Positions 13,286 to 27,388 of a stretch of 64,000 nt of DNA are shown here, one piece after another; within the stretch, counting starts at the first letter, position 1, and every line of letters begins with the position of its first letter. Origin of the DNA: Eledone cirrhosa (taxonomy: Eukaryota); assembly GCA_964016885.1 (NCBI GenBank), contig OZ024742.1, positions 235,910,001-235,974,000 on the forward strand, written 5' to 3'. The translations under genes and the position numbers were made by a program. The notes beneath the pieces were generated by a model. That model was given only the letters and a program-made list of their open reading frames with translations. It did not search any database and was not told the origin of the DNA.

Positions 13286-14209
13286 AAGTTCACCCCAACC
13301 AACTGTGGCCTCGGCTTCTCGAGCCTAGCTGGTTTTGTACCAGGTACTCCTGAATCTTTTGTGTCTTTTCTCGTTCCCATCCCCAGTATTATATACACTC
13401 CTCCTCAAGTTCTTCACCAACTTCCCTACGCTAAATCCTTCATATCCAGAACGTCGGTCATCTGACACATTCCTCCCGTAGAATGTTCTCGCCTGTTTAA
13501 ACTGTTTAAAGGGACCGTTAATTACATCGATCTCACTGATCCCGGTATATTTGTGAAAATCATAAATAGCAGCTCCAGACCGCAGATCCCGTTCTTTTAA
13601 ACCATCAACCTCTTCCTAAAATCCTTATCTCCTCATTGATCCCCCCTCCCCCAGGCATGTATGAAAATAGATAAATCAAAACAAATAAATCAAAATAAAT
13701 AAACAAATAGACATTTAAAAACATTCTGTTTATTACAAACGATCAACCTAAACTTGAAGGTGTAGCTATAAATCAGAAACCTGTATAAGCAAGTTGTATT
13801 TTGTTGTACAAGTTTGTGTATTTTCGTTTTTTTTTTTTTATACAAATGACAATCAAACGCCTGGGTAGTCCTATTGACCCTCAGCGGTTAATATCGAGCA
13901 CATTGGAGACCCTTACTCAAGACCAATCCCATAAAACTTATCGCTGATACTCATTCAACAGTGTTTGACTGGGAATAGTCATTTCCTTTTTTTCTCTCTT
14001 TTCTCTTTATATTTTCCTATTTTACATTCCATTCTTTCTAAATTTTCTTTTTCTATTAAACTGTATTTACATGATATATTCCATAAATAACATTTATTGT
14101 TTTTTATAATATAAATCGAAATGTTGTTGGCTGAGGTTTGCAGTATCAGCAGTTTTGTTCAACATTAACTTCACCATGTGCGTTGGTTGTTGAAACAGAA
14201 TCTGACACG

Positions 14210-14960
14210 ACCGTCACTACTACTGGTGACGCTGTTGCTGGCGATGGTGGTGGTGTTGCTGGTGATAGTGATGGTAGTGTTACTGCTGCTGGTGGTAAAG
14301 CAGCCGACATCACTGTCACCAATGCTACTTGTGGTGATGGTGGTGGTGGTGGTTGTACAGCAACTGACATCACTGTCACCAATGTTACTTGTGGGGATGG
14401 TGGTGGTGGTGGTAGTGGTTGTACAGCAACTGACAACATTGTCACCAATGTTTGTGGTGATGGTGGTGGTGGTGGTTGTACAGCAACTGACATCACTGTC
14501 ACCAATGTTACTTGTGGTGATGATGGTGGTGGGAGTGGTGCTGGTGTTGCTGCTGCTGCTGTAGCTGTTGTTGTTACAATTACTACTACTTGATGATGAT
14601 GTTAATGGTGATGATGATACTACTACTGCTGCAATTGCGATAATGATGATGATGGTGGTGATGGTGATAGTGATGATGATGATGATGGTGGTGATGGTGA
14701 TAGTGATGATGATGATGGTGGTGATGGTTTTACAATGGTGGTGGTGGCAGCGGACTAAGGTGGCGGGGTGGTGATGGTGACTTGGTTGTAGTCAGTGGGG
14801 TGGGTCCTACGATATTTAAAGGACACCAGATGATGATCATTGGTGGGGGTGGAAGTGTCGGCGACAGTGATAGTGGTGGTGGTGATGGCAGTATTGTTGT
14901 TGGTGGTGTTGCTGATGCATGTGATGGTGGTGGTGGTGGTAATGTCGTTTTGTTGGTATT
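14210..14960. repeat. GGT/GAT-rich low-complexity region with ~57-63-bp minisatellite
   Basis: CAGCAACTGACATCACTGTCACCAATGTTACTTGTGGTGATGG repeated four times at 14300-14525. Confidence 0.85.
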
Positions 14961-15769
14961 ATTGCTTTGTTGGTAGGTATGATAGCAGTAGTGGTTCTTT
15001 AGCCCCAGGTCTATTACGATTGAGTGGACCTATAACCAAAGACATTAACGCATTATCAACCGAGAGTACTCAACTCTTTCAGGAACGATCTTTTCCGATG
15101 TATTCGTTTTTTTTTTTTTAACAATAGTGTTAATTCTTTTCTATAGGGCTTGGGTCAACCCGAGACTATAGTAAATGACACTTGCCGAAGATGACAAGCA
15201 GTGGGATCGAACCGGGGACCTCATCATTACAAAGCGAAGTTCTTAACCAGTTAGCCATACTTGCTTGATAAGAAGTTGATAAAAGACAGAGGATTCTTTT
15301 GTAACTGGCTTCAAAAAATGGCAGGACAGAGAATTGAAAATGTTAGCCAAGCCAACAAAGATACATACTTAGAATGTACTGACAGGAAACAGACAGGATT
15401 ATCCGTCCAAGAAAACAAACACTACATTGAGAATGAAGAGGGAAATAAATGGCGGGGAAGGGAAAACTAACCATTAGAGAATGTTGCTGAAACGTGATCT
15501 TACACGAGTTGGTCCATAAATGTATAAGGCGAGCCAGATAATGACAACTCCAAGGATTTTCAATAGCTTTTTGTAAACAAAGCAGCTTTCAGACCAGCCC
15601 AAACATAAAAAAGGCAATTCAACAAAGTTAAAGATAGTACCGACAGAGCGTGATTCATAATAGAGGTATATACGGATCCATATGCAATATGTTTATGTCT
15701 AATAAACATTCATATAATCTCGTTTTATTTTCAACTCTGACCAGCTAACTGGTGAGAGAACGCTGTATA

Positions 15770-16372
15770 CAGTGGATTGGCAGTTTCGGAAGAGCGTTGG
15801 ACAACATACTTTGTGGCATATCATTACATCCATTTACGTTTTGAGTTCAAATCCCGCCGAGGTTAGCTTAGCCTTTCATCCTTACGGGGTCGATAAATTA
15901 AAGCTGCAATAACGCACTGGGTTGGGTCGATTTAATCGACTTTCCCCTCCCACCAAATTGTTGACCTTGTGTCTAAAGCAGAAACCATTATTAATAAATT
16001 GGCAGTATCGGTAGAGGGTTGGACGCCATGCTTTTTAGCATAGTTACGTCTCTTTACAGTCTGAGTTCAAATCCCGCCGAGGTTAACTTTGCCTTTCATC
16101 CTTACAGGGGTCGATAAAATAAAGTACCAGTAATGTACTGGGTAATTACTGGCCTTGTGCCTAAAGTAGAAACAATTATTAATAAAACTGACCAAAGTGT
16201 TGGATTGGTTTCGACTTTCTACGTTCTGAGTTAAAATCCCACCGAGGTCAACTTTGCCTTTCATCCTTCCGGGGTCGATAAAATAGAGTATCAGTTAAGT
16301 ACTGGAGTCGATATAATCAACTCTCCTCTTACTCCAAATTGCTAGCCTTGTACCAATGGTAGAAATAATCAT
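15770..16372 (+). mobile_element. Three tandem tRNA-derived SINE copies with GCCTTTCATCCTT.CGGGGTCGATAAA core
   Basis: Core plus B-box GAGTTCAAATCCCG at ~15843, ~16063 and ~16228; further copies on the minus strand at ~17085, ~20320 and ~23190. Confidence 0.8.
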
Positions 16373-17629
16373 TTATAAGGCTGACTAGGTTGAAGTCTAG
16401 GAGACCCACTGGGACTGAGACTATGTACCAGTCAATTTTTTAAAGTTATAGTGGGATGAAAGATTGAAGTGTCAGACGAGTCGCGGTTTCACAGTACTCT
16501 AAGGCCTTAGGGCCCGGACATGGATTAATACGGTCCTGGCTGTATAAATGGGATTCAGGATTATTACTCAACATCAGCAACACTAACTCCGAGATAGTGA
16601 GGTATGAAAGACTTTAAAGTCTAATAAGTTTTGTAAACAAAGTATGTTTGTACAAGATTTATTTACATCTAATGCAACATTCACTAGCTAATATTACTTA
16701 GCGATTGCACTAACACAGTGTGATTCAGAATAAAGGAATTTATGGATCCATATACAATGTGCTTATGTATAATAAACTTACATTTGGTGGCACTGTGAGT
16801 ATTTTAAGCTGTGATCATGTCATAGCAACAGCAGCAACGGGAGATGAGATGAGGATGAATGCACTTCACATATTCTTTATAGGGGTATGACATGATAGGG
16901 TATGACATGACCATGTAACTTCTGATGGAGTCGTAGTGGCATATGGCGTTTTGTGGACATGTTAAGCGGAGTCCATCCCTTACCATGGCTGAACATGGCA
17001 GATCTCTTCCAGAGAAAGATAGAAAGCGAGAGAGAGAGGAAGTGAGAAAGAGATATAGAGGAAGAATCGACACCAGTACTAGACAGGTACTTTGTCGACC
17101 TCGAAAGTTAAAGTTGACCTCGGTGGGATTTGAACTTAGAAATCATAGAGCCGGAACGAATACTGCAAAGCATTCTTTCCAAAGTTCTAATGACTGCCAA
17201 TTCGTCTTTATTCTGAATCCGGCTGTGTAACTATCACTAATTTATACTTATGTTGTATCAGTGGAATAGATACAGTCTTCGAAAATGACCTCAGTGCATT
17301 ATGAATGCACATTATTCAAATTAGGCATCTGAGTGTAAGTGAGCGGGTACTGACAATTAGTAGCGACTATAAAATACACAATCATATCGCAGTTATGATA
17401 TGACCACAGCTTTAAAAATACATTCGGGCTCGCTGTTGTCCCAAATTTAGTCAGACACATCATCAATCATCCACACAAGAATCTTATAGACATCGAAAAC
17501 ATTAGATATCTCAGAATAGTTTATTCTCGAAGCTAGTGGTTCTCAAACGGGAGACTCATGGCTCCCAGAGGAGGAAATGGGGGGGGGGGGTGTTAGGGGA
17601 GGAATCCAAACTGGGAACATATTGTTGTT

Positions 17630-17940
17630 GGGCCTCCGTCTGTTCCGACGACGAGTTTCCAGTTGTTTGATCAACGGAGTAGTCTACTAGTGAAATTAAT
17701 GTACATGAGGTTGAGTATTCCAAAGAGACGTGTATCCTTAATGTAATTCTATAGGAAATTCAGCATAACACAGTGGGTGATAAGGCTGGCTTTTTGAATC
17801 ACATGTACAACACACTTTTTCCTGCTGAGTTGACTGAAGCATTGTGAAATAAAGTGTCAACTCAGGACATAGCGTATCGCTGGAAATCAAACTCAAACCT
17901 TACGGTCTTGAGCAGAACACCTTTACCGCTATGTCTCCAC
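17630..17940 (-). mobile_element. Diverged SINE copy (CORE-like family)
   Basis: Contains GTGAAATAAAGTGTC, the reverse complement of the motif in 467-680. Confidence 0.55.
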
Positions 17941-18108
17941 GATAAAGAATTGTGACATTGTGACATTGTGTATATATCAAATAAAATACCAACATACTCA
18001 ACTATAGTGTACATTGTGTATATATATCAAATGAAATATCAATATACCCAACCATGATGTATATTGTGTGTATATAAAATGAAATATCAATATACCAAAT
18101 GATAGTGT

Positions 18109-19301
18109 CCCGAGATGGAGAAGAAGCCCAGGGACAACCAGAACGGCTTCAGAGAGGGAACATCAACCACCAGTCACATCCTGATGCTGAGGAGAATTTT
18201 AGAAGGGGCTAGAGCAAAGAGTCTTCCTGTTGTCATGGTTTTCATTGACTTCAGGAAGGCATTTTATTCTGTGGACCGTCAAGTGCCTAATGAAGATCTT
18301 ACAGGCTTATGTAATCCCAAAGAAGAAAGTGGACCTGATATCATTGCTTTACACCAGCACTAGAGCACAAGTCATTACACCTGACGGGATGACGGAGTTC
18401 TTTGAGATTCTGGCTGGTGCTCCAGGGAGATACATTGGCTCCCTACCTTTTTTTATCATTGCAGTGGACTATTGTATGCGCCTTGCACTGGAGAAACACC
18501 AGGACTCTGGCTTTACTATAGCACTGGCTTAGAGCAGGAGAGTTAAGGCTAAAAAGATATCAGATGTTGAATTTGCTGACGACATAGTTCTGGTGACAAA
18601 CACACTGAGGAGGCAGAGGAGTTGATGCAGGTGGTAGAGACTGTGTCGATGGGTGTGGGGCTGAGAATGAATGAGAGTAAGACGTAGTATCTGGTAGAGA
18701 ACAATAAGACGCCAGAGAAGATTATGAAAGTGGATGGGAAGCCGCTAGAACTGGTTGAGGACTTCCTGTATCTGGGAGCAAAGATTGGGAACACAGAGGA
18801 TGATGTGGTTGAGAGGAAGTGCAAAACCTAGGCGGCGTGTCACAGTTTGAGGTCGGTGTGGAAGTCGGACCTTCGTAAAGACCAGATCCGTCTCTTCGCC
18901 ACTACGGTGGAATCTGTGCTGCTGTATGGGTCTGAGACTTGGACACTGTCCAAGAGATTCACTCAGATGGTGGATAGGTGCTACACGAGAATGCTGAGGA
19001 TGGCTCTGAACATTAATCAGTATGCACTGAGGATGAAGAATTCAGAGCTGCACGGGAACCTCCCAAAAGTAACACATAGGAGTTAGCTGGGCATGCTCAC
19101 CGACATTCAGAGTTGACACTGCATTCAGTGGTCCCGTGGGAGCCCCTACACTGATACACACGAAGTGGGAGACCAAGGAAGACATTGATGTCCTAAGGAC
19201 AGACACTGGTCTCCAGGAGACGCAGGACCTGGCGGCGACGATGAAGGACAGAACCGCTGGAGAGAGCTCGTCCATGGATCTCGGGAATTCTACCTGCCTT
19301 A
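18109..19301 (+). mobile_element. 5'-truncated RTE-clade LINE with 8-bp TSD, inserted in a ~46-bp minisatellite
   Basis: QNGFREGTSTTSHIL..FIDFRKAF, FADD and LLYGSETW motifs; GATAGTGT at 18101-18108 and 19302-19309; flanking repeat TCAAATGAAATATC on both sides. Confidence 0.88.
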
Positions 19302-19589
19302 GATAGTGTACATTATAAATATATGTATATCAAATGAAGTCAAATGAAACACCAGTATACATTATGTATATATCAAATATACCCAATTATAAGGGCTACA
19401 ACGAATTAATAGTTCATAAAAAACGTAATAAATTAATATGGTTTAATAAATTGTTTTCACAATTAGCAGTGTAAAATTATGTATAATTGTGACCCCCCCC
19501 CCCTAAAAAAACAATTGAAGACTGGGATGAATAGAAGAATTCTAGGATCGCAAGTGTGTGTGGGGTGGGGGGTGGGGATCACAAGGAGA

Positions 19590-19845
19590 TAAATGTGACC
19601 TGGGATCGCATGGGTTGGAATGTGACCTGAGATCGCTCGGGGTGGAATGTGACCTGGGATCGTAAGTTTTGGAATGTGAACTGGGATCGCAAGGGCAGGT
19701 ATGTAACGTGATCGGAAGGAGAGGAATGTGATCTGGGATCGCAAGGAGAGGAATGGGAACTGGGATCGCAAGAAGCGAAATGTAGCCAGGTATCGCAAGG
19801 GGAGGCATGTGACCTGGAATCGCAAGGGCGGGAATGTGACCTGGC
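19590..19845. repeat. ~25-bp minisatellite, ~10 copies
   Basis: Consensus GGAATGTGACCTGGGATCGCAAGGG. Confidence 0.9.
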
Positions 19846-20522
19846 TTTCGGTGAAAGACTGCTTTAACAATTCTGTTTTCCAACAACAACCAATATACAA
19901 TATCATACATTTGTTTAATGAATGCAGCGTGACCAATAGTTAAGTAGTTCACTTTTTAATCATTAGGTTTGGGGTTCGATCTCACTGTGTGGCACATTGG
20001 TCAAAAGTAATTTCCCATAGGCTTTGGTCGACGTGTGTCTTGAGAGTGAAATTTGGTAGACAGAAGCTGTTTGGAAGCCCGTCGGATTGACTGTACCTGA
20101 AATTCAAAAGGCCAGCCTTGCCACACTGTGTCACACTGTATCTCCCGAAAATTAAATTGATGGTACACGTGTCTGTAGAATGTTCAGCCATTTACATTTA
20201 TTTACTGGGACACTCACCGTTGAAACCGACGGAGTTCTCTTTCATATTTACCAACTAATTCTTCCATGTTTACTTCTACAAGTACTGCGATGTCTATATT
20301 TCGCTGATGTCATTTAATGGTTTCTAATTTAAGCACAAGGTCAAAGATTTCGGGTAAAGGGGAGGAGTCGATTAAATCGACCTCAGTACTTCACTGGTAC
20401 TGTATTATATTTTCTCCTGAAAGGATGAAAGGCAAAGTTGATCTCGGTGGAATTTTAATTCAGAACGTAAAGAACCATAACATCCCGTCCGATGCGGCAG
20501 TAGCATCGGTGTCCATAGCAGT

Positions 20523-20589
<67 letters not shown>

Positions 20590-20773
20590 AAGTTCGTCAT
20601 CGTAGTTTTTTTAGCGTTGGTGTGGTTACGATGGTGATGGCGTTGTCACTAGACTTTTGTGGTATACATAGGGTTTCATCTAATGTCAGGTTTCTGAAAG
20701 AAATCTGAAGAAGGCTAGAACCTATAACCCCTCTTTCACGCTCTCTCTCCCTATCTATTTATCAGTTTGTCAG

Positions 20774-20830
<57 letters not shown>

Positions 20831-21010
20831 ATCTCTCTCTCTCTCTCTGTCTGTATATCTATCATTTATCTGTCTATCTCTCCCCGCCATCTTTTTATCA
20901 AGCGACATGTTTATGTGTGTCAATGCCGAGAGCAATTCACTCAACACGGTCATTATGGTCGGTGATCGTCTGCAAGGAAAGTCGTCAACACATCGTCTAT
21001 CTTACGCAGT

Positions 21011-21054
<44 letters not shown>

Positions 21055-21215
21055 ACTATATATTAATGGAATGAAGGTTTGAGAGTTTGAAGCAAGGGGT
21101 AAATAACTAACTTTCTAATGATGGAGAAAAAAATGGAGCCTCCAAATCACCGAGCGATGTGAAGAATAATTGGGTCTCCGAATCTCTTTCCTTTTCTCTT
21201 CTATCTCACTCTCTT

Positions 21216-21316
<101 letters not shown>

Positions 21317-21854
21317 CTTATGTGTTGTTCCCTTTCTCTCTGTCATTCACATTGCGCCCGTTTTCTCTCAATCTATCATTGTAAGCATTTTGTAAAACAT
21401 CACAACTCATATAAACAAGTCCATATACATATTCACAAACATACATACATGCAGATACGCACAAACTTTAACTCTTATACACATACAAATACACAACAAT
21501 ATACACATATACACCTTCAAACTAAAACAATTGCAAATACCATGTACATGCAACAACAAGCACATTCATACTTACATACAACAAACCATATAAAGACACA
21601 TACATACAATACATATAACAACATATACATAGCTACATATAAATATGATCCCGTATATATAGTTATACGCAAGAACACATGGAATGGAATGGACCTTCAT
21701 CGGTTTAGACGATGAGTGTTATAGTTGTTCAAATTAACGGGACAGTCTGCACGTAAATTAAAGTGTAAGCATTTTACTATTTCATAGACATATGTATCAT
21801 TATTGAGATTTCCAAAACGAATCAGCACAATACAATATATATTTATTTTTTTTA

Positions 21855-22920
21855 TTTCGACCGCAGCCGTGATCGACTTCACAACATCCCACCAGTAGTT
21901 CCTGTTCTGCATGGCCACACCCAGGTCTTCACGCTTAATCTCAGAGTCCCTAACTATGGTATCAGGATAAATCAGTTTACAGGATTTGTGATCGACTGGC
22001 TCTGATTTCCAGAGGATAAAAGATGACACTAACTTATTGGATGCTCTATGGCAGTTATCAGCAAATTGCACCCTTCTTGCTTTAACAATTTGTGAAACTC
22101 TTGGAAGTGCACCATAGATTTGGTGGAGTATTGGATGTCCTCTCCAGGATAGATTTTTAACACGCTTTAATAGTCATGTGTATGTCCCTTCAAGACGCTT
22201 TTGTTGCCTTGATGTCTAGGTCCAGGTTTCTGAACCATAAAGAAAAGCAACATCATCAGGAAAACCAGTGTCTGTGAGATATTGGACAGGATGATGAGAG
22301 TTCCATCTAGATTGAATTTGTAGACCTTCGTCATTGTTTTGGTCTACAGATAGAAGCAGGTTGTAATCAACAACAACAATGAAAAGAAAAGGAGCCGGAT
22401 TTGATTTCTATGGGCTGGATCTCTCCATCTGGGATGTAGATTATTGTAGAAGTTTTAATATATAGGACCTTGATAGCTTCAATTATATCTTGAGGTATAT
22501 CATAGAGACCAAGAATTTCTAACATGAGGTTTCTATCAACAGAATCAATATTTTTGTTGAAGTCAGCAAAACTATAAACTGAGTCTAGATTACACTATTT
22601 GGTTTCTTCAATTATTCTACGCAGTGCCAACATTTGGTTAAGAATTGATTGACCTGCTCGAAAGCCATTCCTATGTTTCCTTTAAAATGGATCAACATGA
22701 GGGAGAACACGATTTAATATGAGGTTGTTATAGAGTTTTGTTGCAGTGGGTAGAAAGATATACCCCTGTAGTTTGTTGCCAAAGAAAGATCTCCTTTTGA
22801 GGGCACAGGGATTATTTGAGATTTCCTACATATGATAGAGCGTTGTTTATTTTGTATGCAAAAGTTACACAAATTCAGAAGATTAAGAAAACAGTCTTTC
22901 CAAATGATTGCTGGTATGTA
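21855..22920 (-). mobile_element. Decayed RTE-clade LINE fragment
   Basis: Reverse strand gives GFRAGQSI..QMLALRRIIE, FADFNK and YGSETW, and ORF 21697-22071 (QFADNCHR..LW..YPDTIVRD). Confidence 0.75.
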
Positions 22921-23394
22921 ACATGGTTGGATCGTTGAATTACGAGGCTTCCGCAGAGTTTCGGGGCCTTTTCATATAGTTTTCGTCTTCCTAATTTCAC
23001 TAACAAGGCTTGAGATTATGAGCAATAACACATGCCAAAGATTCCTTGCAGCGAGGTTGAACCCGTGTTTTCATAATTGCGAAGCGAATTTCTTCACCAT
23101 TCGGTCATGCCTGTCTTTAATGACACATGCACTCGCAAAATAAATAAATAAATAAAAAATAAATGAATAACTAAATAAATAATTAAATAATTCTTTCTAA
23201 GATGGGTAAAAGGCTAACACTTTTGTAACGACGTAAATACTGATACTTTCGACACCAGAAGGATGAAAGGCAAAGTTAATCCCAGAACGTAGAAAGTTAT
23301 AACTAAACTCTATAACGCATCTTATCCGTGCGCCACTGATACTGCCAATCCACCGCTCGAAATAATAATAATTATTATTTCTTTATTGGTCACG

Positions 23395-26040
23395 AAAACA
23401 AAAACAGGGACAGTGGGGATTTACATAAAATCGAGTAAAAAAGATAACAACAAAATACATAACAATAAAAATTCCCAATAGGGTGGTGGGTATCACGCAA
23501 GAGTGACTTAGGAACCCCACCATTCCTAAACTACCCTACATTCAAAGAGCACCCAAGAGGGCGCCCCTCTCCTCACTAAACTCACCAGCTTACATGCGCC
23601 TGGTCAGTGTAGGCCCATTCACTCAGACCATCATCGCTACGTTCACTCACCTTTTAACAAATATACTGGGAGGGGCAGCACTTCCTTCTTCACTCTCAAC
23701 TTCTTTTCCAAGTGGAATTTTAAAAAGTTGATGAGGGCTTGGCGGAAGAAGAAAGTGACTGTCGTCAGTCCTTTCTGTCGCATCCACCACCTAACCTCTT
23801 TCACTACAGTCACCAGACAGAGGAAAACTGCTTTCCCTTTCCGGTCAAAAGAAGGCGACGGGGAGATCTTCACAATGGATCCGGTCGATAGCCGGATCTG
23901 TCCTACATGCGATAATAGCTGTTTGATAAAACTCCACGAATCAATAATGCACGGACACTGGACGAGTGCGTGAGGAACTGCGACAGGTTTGACTGACAGC
24001 ACTCCCGTGCCTGTAGAGTTTATCTCGAACCTGCAGTGTTGCCCGGCAGTACTGCAAAGCCAGGGATTTCTGGAAGTTGTCCTTAGTCCCCAGTTCGAAA
24101 GTTCTTCGGATCAGCCTGGTCAGTTTGATTCCGACACCCAGAGCCTCTCTCGAGAACGTCGTCGCACTTTCCCACCACTAATCATCTATAGAACTCTAGA
24201 GGAGAATTTCCACTGACCGCATTGCCAGGCTGGTAGAGGGCAATAAGCGTCTGACAACATTTCAGATTAATGGAACCTATCCTTTGCACAAGCTGTTAAA
24301 GGGCAGGCGTTCCAATTTGGTGAGGCGTGAATGGAGGCAAGGCTCGGCGTTCAGGTGGTAATAGATGATGGACGTGATGGATGCGTTCACGACCTCCGCT
24401 CGGCCCATTTCTGTGTGAAAGTAGCCACTATGCTCGCTACCTCGTTCCAGTTCTTATTCACCTGGGTATCTGGCCCAAACCAGACTCCGAGAAACCTTAC
24501 CGGTCCGTCCATCCAGCTGCAAACCCACCGACTTTTTCGGGTTAATCTTTGCTCCCCCAAACTTTCATATTACTCTATGAAGTTGACGACCGCCTCGATT
24601 TCCGAGGTGTTCGATACCATCGTGGTGACGTCGTTCGCATATGCCGAAGCAGTCCTTCTACATCCTATACGATGCCCTGCAACAGCTTCAGCTTCCGCAG
24701 TAATGGCTCAAGTGTTAGTACATACAGAAGAGAGAGGACATCATTGACGGACGGAGCGTGTTATCTGGAACGTTTCCGATAGGTGGCCGCTTACTTTAAC
24801 CAGCGAGTTGATGCTGCTGTGCATTGCTGCGAGCCACCCTTTGAAGACGAACCGAAGCTGGATGCTTTGAAGACAGTGTCCAGGTATCGATGGTCGACCT
24901 TATCGAAAGCTTTCGGTTGATCTGAACTCCACCGAAGCCATTTTTACACCCTACCCTCTCTATGATGTATCGCATGAGTTGGAGGTTATCGTTTATGGAC
25001 CTGGTCGAGATTGCGCACGTGTGTACCTCCGCTACCAGCTCAAGACGACAAGCGCCAACCTCGTTGTTAGCACCTAGCCAAAATCTTAAACTCTGTGTTT
25101 AGCAGAGTTATAGGCCCGAAGTTGTCTAAAACATCCCTCTTGTTCTCGTCTTTCCTCATCAGCGTTACTACGCTCCGACTCACAGAGCTGGGATTTCTCC
25201 CGTTCTACTGCCAGTTGCAGTAGACGGCTTCGCTGAGATCGGAGAACAAGTCTGGAATGTCTACGTAAAACTCATAGGGAAGACCATCCGAACCTCGTAC
25301 AGTCGGTCAGGGTACCCCGAATCTCCGCTGCCGCTATCGGTCTTTCACAGCACTCCACATCAGTCGTTGAGAGTCACTGTAGGCCTTTGAGGTAGGAACT
25401 GATGTACTCCCACATCCTAGTTTCCCTCAACGTTTCCGATTTGTGTAGTAGCGGCTTGGAGAGGGACAGCATTGTTGGACCGAATGCATGATGTTGAACA
25501 GTTCAGAGAGGTGACCGTTCGCTCTGACCATTGAGCAGATGTCGCTGTGCATTGCAGCGATCCATCCACTAAAAACGAGCCCGAAGTCGGCTGCCTTGAG
25601 AACTGTCACCAGGTATCGATGGTTGACTCTATTGAAAGCTTTCTAAGTTGATCAGGGCCTCACCCATGCCATGTTCTTTAACCACCCTCTCTATGATATA
25701 TCGCATGAGGTGGAAGTTGACGTAGATGGGTTTGTTTAGCATGGAGCATGTTAGCACCTCCCCTACCAGACCAGAGTTATGGGCATAAAACTATCAATAT
25801 AATTCCCTTCGTTCGGGTCCTTACTCCGCAGCCATCGCTTCTCAGCTCACAGAACTGGGAGTTCTCCCGTTCTGTTGCCCGTTGTAGTATTGTCAGACAA
25901 GAAGTCACTGAACAAGTCTGGCAGTTAGTTATCACCTCCCGCATTTTAGTGGCTCTTATCGCCTTTCCGCAACACTTCAAACCCGTGACCGAGAGTAGGC
26001 ACTGAAGTCCATACAACGACCCGGTCTACCACCGATACAG
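23395..26040 (-). mobile_element. L1/Tx1-clade LINE 3' portion with internally duplicated RT segments
   Basis: ORF2 C-terminus (HALVQCP..FLKFHLEKKLRV); AGGTATCGATGGTCGAC motif at 24882 and 25611, also at 7410; boundaries approximate. Confidence 0.75.
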
Positions 26041-26332
26041 AACAGATGAGAAAAGTATTGCTGAAAATGAGTGTTGTGTTATGCTTAATACTAGTAAAAT
26101 GAGTGCTGTGTTTTGTTGAATTCTAGTAAAGAAATTGTTGTAGTACAATGATTCTTACTTTCGATTATATCGGCTCCATTTTCAAAGTAAAAACAATGAA
26201 ATGTATTTTATTTTTTTAATTTTAATAAATGTTTTGCTTACTACAAATAATTAATATCTTGAAGGATGTGTTAATGTGTTTCCAAGAATAAATTAATTTA
26301 ACCAGGAATCGAACACCCCATTCAAAATATCA

Positions 26333-26400
26333 ATATTGGCATCGGGGTATGATTCTTGCTTCGGTTACGAGAGGTCACGAGTTTGAATCCCGGACGAGCT
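26333..26400 (+). pseudogene. tRNA-Pro pseudogene, CGG anticodon
   Basis: GGGGTATGATTCTTGCTTCGGTTACGAGAGGTCACGAGTTTGAATCCCGGACGAGC followed by a T-run; acceptor 5' strand degenerate. Confidence 0.75.
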
Positions 26401-26690
26401 TTTTATTATCTTTTTATTATCCTTTTTTTATGAAAAGGTTGTCTTTGTATGTTTTTTCCTTATATATTTCTATTAGTTTAACTTTATACTCCTAATACTA
26501 ATTATTCATATAATAAATTGTCTGTAAAACAGATATTCTTTCTGTTCGTCTGTCTGTTATTTTTGTTTTTTTTTTCCTGTGATTTTCTTTACATAAAAAA
26601 TTGCTTTATTCAGCACAAGTGATAATTTAAAGAGGCGTTAGTATTTCGTGGAAGCACAAGTTATTAATAATTTCTACTGAACATTAATTG

Positions 26691-26870
26691 GTGGATTGGC
26701 AGTATCGGTAGAGGGTCGGACGCCATGCTTTCCAGCATAGTTACGTCCCTTTACGATCTGAGTTCAAATCCCGCCGAGGTTGACTTTGCCTTTCATCCTT
26801 ACGGGGTCGATAAAATAAAGTACCAGTAATGCACTGGGTAATTGCTGGCCTTGTGCCTAAAGTAGAAACA
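26691..26870 (+). mobile_element. Young SINE with 8-bp TSD
   Basis: ATTAATTG at 26683-26690 and 26871-26878; nearly identical to the copy at 27389. Confidence 0.85.
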
Positions 26871-27032
26871 ATTAATTGAAATAAAGATACAATACACAAA
26901 ACCTCCTCCTCCTCCTCTCCCACTTCTTCTTCTTCTTCTTCTTCTTCAGAATAATAAGTACGTAACTAGAAATTCGTATTAACAAAGTATAATAAAGTTA
27001 AATTTCCATCGTCTATAAGACAAATACAGTAA

Positions 27033-27104
27033 GGCTCGTAGGTCTAGTGGTATGATTCTTGCTACATGTCCGAGGGGTCTGCGGTTCAGTTTCCAGATGA
27101 ACGC
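27033..27104 (+). pseudogene. tRNA-Pro pseudogene
   Basis: GGCTCGTAGGTCTAGTGGTATGATTCTTGC 5' half recognisable; 3' half decayed. Confidence 0.7.
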
Positions 27105-27284
27105 TATTACTATTTTCGTTTCTTCTATTTTGTTTTAAACACAATATAAGAATAAGTAAACAGAAAGTTACCTGATCTTTCGAGTGAATCAAGGAAACTA
27201 TGTTTTCATTTTTCTTTCCATTGCCGAAGAAGAAATTTTTGTATACTGCATAAAACTTAAAAAAAAACAAAAAACAACTTTAGT

Positions 27285-27343
27285 ATTTGAACACGGGACC
27301 TATCACATTTAGAGCGAGAATTATACGCCTAAACCAACATGCT
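27285..27343 (-). pseudogene. tRNA-Pro relic
   Basis: ATTTGAACACGGGACC..AGCGAGAATTATAC.CCTA.ACCAAC aligns with the reverse complement of tRNA-Pro. Confidence 0.6.
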
Positions 27344-27388
27344 AAGCACAGCAACACCCTTAAACATATACTAGTATTTATAGTTTCA

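Noticed and set aside
14138-14593. 151-aa Gly/Thr/Cys repeat ORF resembling a mucin or adhesive protein
   Set aside because: Several frames on both strands are open because of GGT/GAT low complexity; no splice or homology evidence
19590-19845. CRISPR-like regular repeat
   Set aside because: Contiguous 25-bp units without unique spacers, no cas genes, eukaryotic context
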